DNA of 63,958 nt, counting the filler, from Octopus bimaculoides (Eukaryota), in the NCBI RefSeq assembly GCF_001194135.2. It is 6 parts of 4 records of this genome, joined end to end, with 100 filler letters (N's around TTAATTAATTAA, not from the genome) between each part and the next. Parts side by side here need not be neighbours in the genome. Positions count along the whole stretch, not along the records: positions 22,699 to 45,183 come from NC_068991.1; positions 45,284 to 52,606 come from NC_068986.1; 4 more parts are not named here. One strand, written 5' to 3'. The notes below the pieces were generated by a model. That model saw only the letters and a program-made list of their open reading frames with translations, was not told the DNA's origin and ran no database searches. The position numbers and the translations under genes were made by a program. Positions 38,658 through 49,793 of this stretch are shown piece by piece; the stretch's first letter is position 1; each line of letters begins with the position of its first letter.

Positions 38658-39196
38658 TATANNNNNNNNNNNNNNNNNNNNNNNNNNNNNNNNNNNNNNN
38701 NNNNNNNNNNNNNNNNNNNNNNNNNNNNNNNNNNNNNNNNNNNNNNNNNNNNNNNNNNNNNNNNNNNNNNNNNNNNNNNNNNNNNNNNNNNNNNNNNNNN
38801 NNNNNNNNNNNNNNNNNNNNNNNNNNNNNNNNNNNNNNNNNNNNNNNNNNNNNNNNNNNNNNNNNNNNNNNNNNNNNNNNNNNNNNNNNNNNNNNNNNNN
38901 NNNNNNNNNNNNNNNNNNNNNNNNNNNNNNNNNNNNNNNNNNNNNNNNNNNNNNNNNNNNNNNNNNNNNNNNNNNNNNNNNNNNNNNNNNNNNNNNNNNN
39001 NNNNNNNNNNNNNNNNNNNNNNNNNNNNNNNNNNNNNNNNNNNNNNNNNNNNNNNNNNNNNNNNNNNNNNNNNNNNNNNNNNNNNNNNNNNNNNNNNNNN
39101 NNNNNNNNNNNNNNNNNNNNNNNNNNNNNNNNNNNNNNNNNNNNNNNNNNNNNNNNNNNNNNNNNNNNNNNNNNNNNNNNNNNNNNNNNNNNNNNN

Positions 39197-39227
<31 letters not shown>

Positions 39228-39233
39228 CATAAC

Positions 39234-39282
39234 AAAACTGTCCGATGAAGGGGAACGTGAAACTCCGAGTAACAGTCTTTTG
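39234..39282 (+). ncRNA. Minimal type I hammerhead ribozyme-like motif in a ~90-bp solo insert
   Basis: Helix I actgt/acagt, core ccgatga (U4C variant), weak helix II, gaaa, helix III act/agt and GUA cleavage triplet. Flanked by tattacata direct repeats within (TA)n. Confidence 0.5.
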
Positions 39283-39975
39283 TTATATTTCTGCTGCTTT
39301 TAAATAAAAATATTACATATATATATACAGATGTCCGTATGTGTGTATGTAAATATCTCTCATCCTGTCCTATTCTCTATCTCTACGTCTTTCCTTCTCT
39401 CTCTCTCTCTCTATCTTTTTCTCTCCCTCTCTTCCTATATACACCGCGCGCGCACCACACACACATGCAAACACACACACACCACACACACACGTACACA
39501 CACACATAAACACGCACGCACACACACTTGGATCATGACTGATTTACTAATACACATGTATAATATTTGATATTCCACATGTCATAACATCAGAAATGCA
39601 AAATATGATTTTTCTACGTGCCATGTTGACGAAATCATGTTTGAGATAACCGCTAGAGTCCAACGTATCGACTACCATACAAGCATATCTAAGCAGATAT
39701 ACCTTGCAGTAAAATACTTAATACTTTCCTTGCCAAACTCTGATGTTTAACGCTTCAACACGTTTCCTTTAAGTTTCCAATTATACTAGAAATGAACTAC
39801 GCTAGAATGAGTGCGAATTCAACCAAATGAATCGAATCATAACTGTAAAAATACATATATATATATATAAAGAAAAAACATAACAAAAAACTAAAATTGA
39901 CATTTTAATAACATTGAAATAGGAACAAAAACAACAAAGTAACAAAATAACAACTACAACAACAACAACAACAAC

Positions 39976-40011
<36 letters not shown>

Positions 40012-41111
40012 AACAATAATAGTAATTAATAATAATAATAATGACAAAATAAAATAGTTTCTGGAAGTAAAAATAGTATAAAAGAATAATTTGAATAAAA
40101 GTGTCACAAATCGAAAGCATACCGAAAAAAAGAAAACACCCCAAGACATCAAAAGCAAAAAGACAAAGGAAAAACAACAGANNNNNNNNNNNNNNNNNNN
40201 NNNNNNNNNNNNNNNNNNNNNNNNNNNNNNNNNNNNNNNNNNNNNNNNNNNNNNNNNNNNNNNNNNNNNNNNNNNNNNNNNNNNNNNNNNNNNNNNNNNN
40301 NNNNNNNNNNNNNNNNNNNNNNNNNNNNNNNNNNNNNNNNNNNNNNNNNNNNNNNNNNNNNNNNNNNNNNNNNNNNNNNNNNNNNNNNNNNNNNNNNNNN
40401 NNNNNNNNNNNNNNNNNNNNNNNNNNNNNNNNNNNNNNNNNNNNNNNNNNNNNNNNNNNNNNNNNNNNNNNNNNNNNNNNNNNNNNNNNNNNNNNNNNNN
40501 NNNNNNNNNNNNNNNNNNNNNNNNNNNNNNNNNNNNNNNNNNNNNNNNNNNNNNNNNNNNNNNNNNNNNNNNNNNNNNNNNNNNNNNNNNNNNNNNNNNN
40601 NNNNNNNNNNNNNNNNNNNNNNNNNNNNNNNNNNNNNNNNNNNNNNNNNNNNNNNNNNNNNNNNNNNNNNNNNNNNNNNNNNNNNNNNNNNNNNNNNNNN
40701 NNNNNNNNNNNNNNNNNNNNNNNNNNNNNNNNNNNNNNNNNNNNNNNNNNNNNNNNNNNNNNNNNNNNNNNNNNNNNNNNNNNNNNNNNNNNNNNNNNNN
40801 NNNNNNNNNNNNNNNNNNNNNNNNNNNNNNNNNNNNNNNNNNNNNNNNNNNNNNNNNNNNNNNNNNNNNNNNNNNNNNNNNNNNNNNNNNNNNNNNNNNN
40901 NNNNNNNNNNNNNNNNNNNNNNNNNNNNNNNNNNNNNNNNNNNNNNNNNNNNNNNNNNNNNNNNNNNNNNNNNNNNNNNNNNNNNNNNNNNNNNNNNNNN
41001 NNNNNNNNNNNNNNNNNNNNNNNNNNNNNNNNNNNNNNNNNNNNNNNNNNNNNNNNNNNNNNNNNNNNNNNNNNNNNNNNNNNNNNNNNNNNNNNNNNNN
41101 NNNNNNNNNNN

Positions 41112-41124
41112 GCTCTTCCGATCT
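41112..41124 (+). other. Illumina adapter remnant GCTCTTCCGATCT at a contig edge
   Basis: Exact 13-nt match to the shared 3' end of Illumina TruSeq adapters, starting at the first base after a ~930-nt N run. Confidence 0.9.
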
Positions 41125-41349
41125 AAAATACATATATATATATATATGAATATATTTCTGTGTATGCATGCATGTATTTCAATATTAATGACTTGCCTCC
41201 AATTTTCAATTCTCTTTTCTCTTAGGCTGTCTTTATGTATTATACTAGTTCTTAAAATTTTTATTTATTCCTCATTAAAGATTATGACATTACAGTGATA
41301 TTTTATACACACTCTCTCTCTCACACAGACACACACTTGTGTGTGTGTG

Positions 41350-41965
41350 TGTGTCTTACACCCCACCACTACACCCTCTCCCACATACTCCACCTCTACC
41401 ACCACCCTCTACCTACCCACATTTCCCACCTACACCCAACCTTTGCCTACTCACATACTCCTACCTCTACCCCCACCCTCAGCCTAACCCACATATCACC
41501 CGTGCTTCCCCACTCTCGCCTCCCCCACCTCCCAACACCTTCACATCACACCACGTTACACCATATCACACAACACAACACATCACAACACACCACCAGG
41601 CACACCCCAGCACTGACCAGTTCTCATCCCCACGTTTTCACACCTTCACACTTACATACACACATGCATACGTTAAGATTACCAGCATTCTCTCACACAC
41701 ACGCACCCTCGTTTTGGGATCACTACTACTTTGTTATCTCCCCTTCTTCTTAACTCTCCTGTGTGACCCTTCTGTCCGGCATTCACCATGATAGATCACT
41801 GACCACTACACACATTTTTTTTTCTCCTTGTTTCTTTCTGTTCCTTTCTGTTGCAGAGCGTAGGCTCGAAACGTTAAATACTTTCTCTATTCCCGAGCGT
41901 TATACTAATACACCCATTGGCTGTCTACACCACCTGTCTTCGTCTGTTGTTTTTTCGTGAATTCT

Positions 41966-41970
<5 letters not shown>
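41350..41970 (+). mobile_element. Probable PLE 3' UTR/pseudo-LTR relic (C-rich tract plus degenerate HHR)
   Basis: The C-rich tract resembles the 3' region of the PLE at 62591-62840. gagc-gtag-gctc-gaaacg lies at 41856-41873 with a mutated core. Confidence 0.5.
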
Positions 41971-42012
<42 letters not shown>

Positions 42013-42790
42013 CACATATATATATATATATATATAAGTATGAATATATGTTCTTATATATACAAACATACGCACATACGTATTCATTTATAAATATTAC
42101 ACACACAAATTATTTTAAGACATAGAAATATATGACGCTATGTATCTTCAAAAGTGTAGGCTACACACATGTACACTTCTGTAACTGAAATATTTGATAA
42201 GGACAAATCATTTCAGGGTCTCATTTTTCTGATACTTTACAAAATATAAATAAATAATTAATACATATGCAAATGGTAAACAATAAAAAAAAATGAAATG
42301 GAAGAAGAGGGAGTCTATTCCTTGAATGCAATATTCTAGAGTTTATCGTCTTTCTCTGATTATCTAGAGATTGTGAGCATCTTTTTAAAGCTGTTTATCC
42401 AAAATAGAAGGCATTGATGCGTTTGTTTTAGGTCTTAGTACATATGTGCTGGGTTCGGTATTGGTGTAGTTATTTTGTATGTGGAAGAACATTGGATGGC
42501 ATAGTTGTTAAAGTGTTTTACAATAGTTCTCACCTTTCTTGTCGTTCTTGATTTAAAATCCAACTGGAGTCACTTTTACCTTTCAACCGTTTAGGAATTG
42601 ATAGAAAAATTTCCGGTAAGTTAATGAGGTTTATTCAATAGACTATTTTCCTGTTCTTACCTTCCCATCCTATGAACATCTCTCAACATCTCCCTATATT
42701 TCTATATTTCTATATTTCTATATTCCTCCACCAAGCAATCTAGCTAGTCAAGAAAATCTCTAAGAGATGAAAGCAGTATTCATACTGACA

Positions 42791-43142
42791 AGTAGTGTTT
42801 AACGCCACTTAAACACAGCTGTTCCCAAAGAACCGACGATATTGCCATTTTAACTTCAGGAAGACGGCTCCTCCGGCGGGTTATACAGTGCACTCTGCAC
42901 TCGATATATATTGTAAGCGAGGAGAGAACTTCCTCACTGAGGATGACCATAGGAAGGTCGAAACCGTACGGTCTGACGGGCCTGTGAGCTAAAATAGTAG
43001 GGAGTTCTCTCCCCGCCTGCAATATATATCGAGTGCAGAGTGCACTGCATAACCAACTGAAGGAGGTGTCATCCCGAGGTTAAAATGGTAGTATCATCGG
43101 TTCCTAGGGAATGGCCATGTTTAGGTGGTGTTAAATACTATT
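42791..43142 (+). mobile_element. 352-bp foldback element with 144-bp arms and a hammerhead ribozyme in the loop
   Basis: Arms 42791-42934 and 42999-43142 align without gaps, with 27 mismatches by hand count (81%). The HHR lies at 42931-42980 and a homologue at 48424-48642. Confidence 0.85.
42931..42980 (+). ncRNA. Type I hammerhead ribozyme (GUC site after 42973)
   Basis: Helix I tcctca/tga(c)ggg, core CTGAGGA 42937-42943, one extra T, helix II gacc/ggtc, GAAA 42960-42963, palindromic helix III accgtacggt, then GTC. Confidence 0.75.
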
Positions 43143-45300
43143 CCTTCATCTTTTCTTTTTATCCCTTTCCTTCCTTTATTTTTTCTCTCCTCACTTATTT
43201 CACTAATTCGGCGTGCTGCTTTTTCTTAACCATTTGATCTCAGCTCTACGCTCAAAGGTAACCAAGCCCTAACTATCTAGATTTAAAAAAATAGAAACCC
43301 AGAATACCTCCTACAGTTTTGAAGGTAGTATGATGTCACTTGAGGTATATTTGCCATTTTTAACAGATCCAAATAACATGTATAGGTTCTCCTACTGTTT
43401 CTTGCATTCCTTCAATTTCAGGGAGCGAAAGCGGGAACGAAAAACTATAAATTGTGCCTGCACTGAATTAAACACCTGACAGTTAATTTTGCCTCTTTCT
43501 CCAGTTTCTCAAACTGTATGCCTAAGGAAATCTTGCTTAATTTTGCGGGATGGTAGTTAGAAAGCAGACGTGACTCTGTTCCAAACTAGACACTTTACAG
43601 TGTCCAGCATTTTATGACTCACACATTGTAGCTTAATCGAAGCGTATATCGATAAAATAGTCACCAGTAGTACATTAATTTCAATTTAATATAATTTCAG
43701 TTGATATATGAATTTCAATTTTAGTTTCAACTAGGTCCTTCCTCTTTTTACAAAGTAATATGCATCAGATTTAACATCAATAGTCCGTGCCACGAGTAAT
43801 CTGGGAAGCAACCAGTACTTTTTTTCTTTCTAATTTCACTCTCCACTTTACCGGCTTAAAAATAGAGTTACTGACTAGAAAACGTAGCTTTCGATATACC
43901 GTGTCGGAATTTTAAAATCTTTTAAAAATCACCATAAAATTCATTTTCCTTCCAGAACAGACTACACAGCGATATTAGATATAATCTGTTAGTCATCATT
44001 TTTACATTAACTAGCAGAAATCAATAAATTGATATTATTTACTTATAATTAGGACAACATAAGATAGTGTAATTTTTCAACATCTAATTATTTATTAAAA
44101 CAAAGGCTGTTATAAATTGTTGTTTGTACTATGGCATATCAGGCACTGGGAAAATTTGTGGTGCTCTTTTCTCGTTGGTGAGCTAAATGTGTGTTAAATA
44201 TCATTCAGCAGTTACCCTGGATCTCCTAGTAAGTATAACTGGATGTTCCGTTATCCTTTAGCTTATCGTTGGATCAGTACCTAAATAAAATTGTCCATAC
44301 CGTATCTAGAATACAATTCAGTCATATTAAGCTTACATTCTCTGCAGGTTAGGGACTGCATTGGGCATTTATATTCATGTAAAACTGCAGCAAACATATT
44401 GTACCCATTATAGATATCCATTTTCAAATTCCATTAGTCATGGTCGACTTGGAACCGTTCCATATTCTCCTGAAAAATGTTTTACAACGATTGAAACCAG
44501 ATTCTGAGTGGTATCTGCCTGGATTCCGAATTGAAAGTGAAATAGTGTTCAGATGGTAGCTGATTAGGATTAAGCAGTAAATAACGATCTTTGACATGTT
44601 GGACCCACTGAAGCTGATTAATACCTAGATTTAACGAGCATAGTCTTTTTGCTGTCTAGAGGGAAAATAGTATGTAGTGTTTATAAAGGAACAATTCTAA
44701 AATTGCTTCTTATAAATGGGCAATAATTCTTCCTTAGCAAACTAGAATAATTCTTTCGATGATTTCTGTTTTGTAATTTCACTATCACAGAGATAGAACT
44801 GCACAATCAGACACAGGGAATTGTTCTTGTTATGTTTTCATATTTTAGATACTGATTGAGGGAAGACAAACCTTGACATTTTCCAAAATTTGAGAGACCT
44901 GATGTCCACAGCAAAGGTTACTATAAAAGCCAACCCCATGAAAACCAGCAAAGAAAAAGAAAACAAAAAAAAACAACCTCTCGTTTCGTCAATAGAGCTA
45001 AATTACATTTTTCTGTTTATTGCAGTATTGTCTTTATTGCAACCAATTCACGATGGGCTGAAGTATTTCGCAGATTTGAGGGTAGGGGTCGATTTAAACA
45101 CGGTCTCTCGCGATCGCTGACTGGTTTTTGAAGTCATGGGACCTATTGGGACAGGGTTTCCATTACTTTGTCTTTAGTAGTTANNNNNNNNNNNNNNNNN
45201 NNNNNNNNNNNNNNNNNNNNNNNNNNNTTAATTAATTAANNNNNNNNNNNNNNNNNNNNNNNNNNNNNNNNNNNNNNNNNNNNATATATACATGTGTGTA

Positions 45301-45451
45301 TGTCCGTAACTTAGCGGTTCGGCCGAAGAAACCGATAGAATAAAGACTATACTTACAAAGAATAAGCTCTGAAGTCGATTTCTTCGACTAATACCCTTTG
45401 CAGTGGTGTTCCATCATGGTCGAATCACTGAAACAAGTAAAAGAATAAAAG
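45301..45451 (+). mobile_element. SINE family A, 3' half
   Basis: cgtaacttagcggttcggc...ccgatagaata...actgaaacaagtaaaaga. Confidence 0.8.
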
Positions 45452-46394
45452 TATATCTGTGGTTGTGTGTATTTTTACGTATGTGTGCATGGACATATAT
45501 ACAATACACAAAAGCGCACAAACGCTTAAACACCCACGAACATACATAGATAGGCATTCACTTAGGCACACACAAACACACACACGCACAAACTCACACA
45601 CATACACACACGCAAGAATACTTGATTTTATTAAACAAATGAGAAAAAAAGAAAAATGTGTGAGAGAGGGAGAGGCAGCGAGAGAAAGAGAGAGGATGAG
45701 GGAGAGTGTGACATATAAAGAGAGGGGATAGGTATGGAGAGAGATATTCAATTTATACATGGTGCAGTACTCTTTGCAATCCTTACATTCAATTAAGTCT
45801 ACATTTATTTAGACAGTGACAAACCCCTCGTCATACGGTTGCCGCTTCTTGTTACTAAACATATCGTGAATTCTATTTTCTGAACACAAATAAATTACTT
45901 CTGAATACTCTGATGACAACGTGAACTAAATAGGAGTAAACTAATGAATGACTCGTTGAATAATATTATTTGGTTTCCGTTACTTATAGTTACTCAAGCC
46001 GGGTTTAACTAGTGCAAATCATGTTGCCATGAAAATCTGCATTGTACATAAGAAGATTTCACTGTCATTTGGTGAGTATTTAACCTCAGTCTAGGCACAC
46101 ACATACACATATGCACACGCACACACGCACATAAACATACGCCCCCCCCCCCCGATACACTCACGCTCACAATACAGTACACACAGAGAGAAATACACTC
46201 ACATACACATAAGCACACAAACACATGGACACATTGATATAACATAGCAAAATGATTATCAGATAATGAGAGCGCTAAGTAAAATTAAGATAAAGAGGTG
46301 TAAATGAAATAGGAACAATAATAAAATTCCAACGTTGGTTGTATAGTATATGTGCATGCACGCATGTGTGTGTTTGTGTGTGTGTGTGTGTAAG

Positions 46395-46442
<48 letters not shown>

Positions 46443-47292
46443 NNNNNNNNNNNNNNNNNNNNNNNNNNNNNNNNNNNNNNNNNNNNNNNNNNNNNNNNNN
46501 NNNNNNNNNNNNNNNNNNNNNNNNNNNNNNNNNNNNNNNNNNNNNNNNNNNNNNNNNNNNNNNNNNNNNNNNNNNNNNNNNNNNNNNNNNNNNNNNNNNN
46601 NNNNNNNNNNNNNNNNNNNNNNNNNNNNNNNNNNNNNNCTGATAACCCCTGACACCAACAGGCATTTGGTATGCGAAGTTTTCCATTAAATCCATTTTCA
46701 GAAGCATGCTGTTTCCAAGTCCCGAAATAGTCAAATTTTCAGTTAGGATAATTCTCATGGAATTCAAGATAGAACTTCATCAGATATGCAAACTATTGTT
46801 ATAACACAGAAGCCAGTCTGTGATAATGGAACACTTACAAGAATAGCGGAAACTTCTGAACTCCATTTCTTGTTGTAATGTAAAGTTGATTAAAAAATAT
46901 CATAAATAAAACATTAATCTGCCAAAATGAAAGTAAATATTATTAGCTTATATATTATTTATTGAATTATAACGTTTCAAATACATTTTATAATTGAAAT
47001 TGGAAAATACATCTTGCGGAATAATAAATTTGATAAAAATCTACATTGAAGAAAATATTTCTCGAGCATGGATGTACAAAATATCCTAAAGCTAACATCA
47101 AATTAAACATTCGATAAGTGTTTCTGCTTGTGTAAGAAATATATCTACGCAAGAATGTTCATAAAACTGCCAATATAGTTTATGTGTTTGTGAAAATTAT
47201 GATCGCGTTAAGCATTTCTGACGAAACATCTTTAGGAAAAAGGTTTCATACTTTATCCTGAGCTCGTTTCCCTTGTATATAGTCGGTTAGTA

Positions 47293-47520
47293 GAGGCACG
47301 TAGCTTAGTGGTTAGAGTGTTGGACTCATGATCGTAAGATGTAGTTTCGATTCATGAACCGGGCGACGCAAAACACATCATTTCACTGGCAATGAAACTG
47401 GCAAAAATGAGTAATACTACGATGGACAGGCGTCCCGTCCAGGTAACGAATTTATATGCCATGGAAACCAGGAAACCGGGCCTTATGAGTCAGCATGACT
47501 CGAGAAGATAAACTTTACCT
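47293..47520 (+). mobile_element. tRNA-derived SINE family C with a V/Meta-like central core
   Basis: Head ggcacgtagcttagtggttagagtg...gtttcgattc, core cgatggacaggcgtcccgtccagg, then gaaaccggg...atgag. The core superfamily assignment is from memory and uncertain. Confidence 0.7.
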
Positions 47521-47774
47521 ATATAGTCGGGTGTTATGACCGGTCAACGCTAGGAGGCTTATAACATTACAAATGTGATTATGGAGTCACGTAAACTGAT
47601 TGTCCATAATTATCACTAAAGCCAAAATATTACAAACTGAAGTTATAAAAAGACCAACAGAAATTAGGGAGAACTACAAAGATCAAGTTCAAGAATAATA
47701 CTTGTGCCGCGTGACAACGATTCTGCTAACACTCTATAAGATACGTAATGCACCCCCACACACACTCTGATAAG

Positions 47775-47805
<31 letters not shown>

Positions 47806-48423
47806 ATGTATGCATGTATGTATGTATGTGTTTATTTATGGTAATCCTAATATAACGGTCAAATTGAAACCCCTTTGCTGAAGAACTTATCCATTTTAAG
47901 TATAGTGTGTAGGGGATTTACATAATTTTATCCAAATGTTATCAACACTTTCATGTTACCTGAACATATCTTTGAATAAACAGTGAAATATTTCATATGG
48001 TTTTACACACACACACGCACACACACACAGACATGCGCACACGCTTAAACATACAGGGTGAAGTAGAATAACGTTCCTTCGTGTACACCGGTATTAGTGG
48101 TCGGTGGTAATGGTGTCTACTTGTAGCTAATATATCAACATTTGTTGTTTCGTTATTATCAGGGTTTTAACCAACTGCATAATGTCTCTGTTTTTTAACT
48201 GCACAATGTTTTTGTTGTTCAATAATAGTTAATGTAAAGGTTTTGGGCTGAACCCAGTATATGTGTGTACCTCTGTAAGTTAAACGTTAATATTGCATTC
48301 TTTATAATATACAAATATAGAGAGAATCAAGCTTGATATAGCGGGTTTCAAAATTCATGTTAACGCAAGAACTCAAAAGCCCATTTAATAAGAAAAGGAA
48401 TTTATATAAAAGTATTGTTCTTG

Positions 48424-48642
48424 GCCACTTTAATGTGGCTGTCATCGAAGAGACAACGACACTGCCATTTTAACCTCGGGAAGCTTTATTCAGTGCGCTT
48501 GATGTTTATTGCAAGTGGGAGATAACTGCTGCCACCCCAGCTCCGAGATTACCACACCACGTGGTTTCGATCTGTATTGTTTCTCCTTGGTGGTGGGTAC
48601 CCGTTCGGTAGGCATGGCCACAGTTTAACTTCTCTTGTCATA
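48424..48642 (-). mobile_element. Decayed second member of the hammerhead/foldback family
   Basis: 48424-48530 aligns to the arm (ctgccattttaacctcggga, cagtgc, tattgcaag...gagataact). The minus strand has an HHR layout acca-ccaagga-...-gaaa-ccacgtgg-t-g-tggt. Confidence 0.7.
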
Positions 48643-49082
48643 TATAGAAAATATAGTGTCATACAAACACTAGAAAACTGCATTTTGGTTCGTACACTGC
48701 TTCTATCGGGAAAAAAAGATTTTCTTACTGACTAGAATATTTATTATTAAGAACTATTTCTGGAAAGTACACATTTCGGATTTGTTAAAAAAAAAATGGG
48801 ACACAATAGTTTTCAGATATACTTCAAATGAAACGCAACAGCTTACTTTTAAATATTTCGTTCCTCCTCCGTTAAAAAATTCTCGATTGAAGTATCTTAC
48901 TCATCAAAATTTATTATCTGATTGGTCTTACAATATATCTAAACACATCTCTTGCCAATCATATTTCTATATTCTTTTTATTCAAATGTATGCTGCATCA
49001 CAATTTATAAGGTGCTTCAAGCTGCATGTCCTCTATTTGAAAAGTGGCATTATCTTTGACAATACACAAATACACACGACTA

Positions 49083-49126
<44 letters not shown>

Positions 49127-49376
49127 TTTTATAGTTTCAGCTTAGAGCTGCGGCCATAGATAGATAGATAGATAGATAGATAAACAGAAACACATACATA
49201 CACAAAAACACGCGCACATATAAGCAAAGATACATATACGAGGAAATTCCAAATTTTTCTATTAAATGAGTCTTTCAAACAAGTGCTTATATACGATTAT
49301 TTATAATTTTATGTATGCTTCGAGGCTCAGTTCCAAAAGCAAAATGTGTATATATATATATTTATATAAGGGCATT

Positions 49377-49525
49377 ACTATACAATAATGCCTCACGCTA
49401 TGAGGGACTCTAAGGTCAGACTACCATAAAAAACACATTTTTTTTACCGAAAGCGAGGTAAAAATGTGTTTTTTATAGTAGTCTGACCTTAGAGTCCCTC
49501 ATAGCGTGAGGCATTATTGTATAGT
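49377..49525. repeat. Near-perfect ~70-bp-arm palindrome abutting an N gap
   Basis: Arms 49377-49448 and 49457-49525 differ by one substitution and a 3-nt homopolymer length; the loop is gaaagcga. Confidence 0.92.
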
Positions 49526-49793
49526 NNNNNNNNNNNNNNNNNNNNNNNNNNNNNNNNNNNNNNNNNNNNNNNNNNNNNNNNNNNNNNNNNNNNNNNNNNN
49601 NNNNNNNNNNNNNNNNCTTGCCTCGATCCTTCAGGGGTAGTCTGAAGTATCCAAGCAACCAGGGAATGTTTAAATCCGGAGGCACTCCTGGGGATCACCT
49701 GTACGGGTACCGTCTTGGGAAGAGGGCATCCAGAGGCAGGTAATTTACTGCTTAAACTGTAGTTTATAATTATATTTATGTGGAGAATGTTAG

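Noticed and set aside
44270-44560. Minus-strand GYNMFAAVLHE (MMP-like) and a 58-codon plus-strand frame
   Set aside because: The HExxH second histidine is absent, there is no donor site at that point and no recognisable domain.
45900-45970. ctgatga with caacg/cgttg stem
   Set aside because: No GAAA and no helix III.
46640-46910. Possible terminal exon DNSHGIQDRTSS...ELHFLL* followed by AATAAA
   Set aside because: No homology recognised, weak acceptor and no upstream exons identified.
47532-47716. TG...CA bounded 185-bp segment resembling a solo LTR
   Set aside because: No target-site duplication and no second copy in the window.
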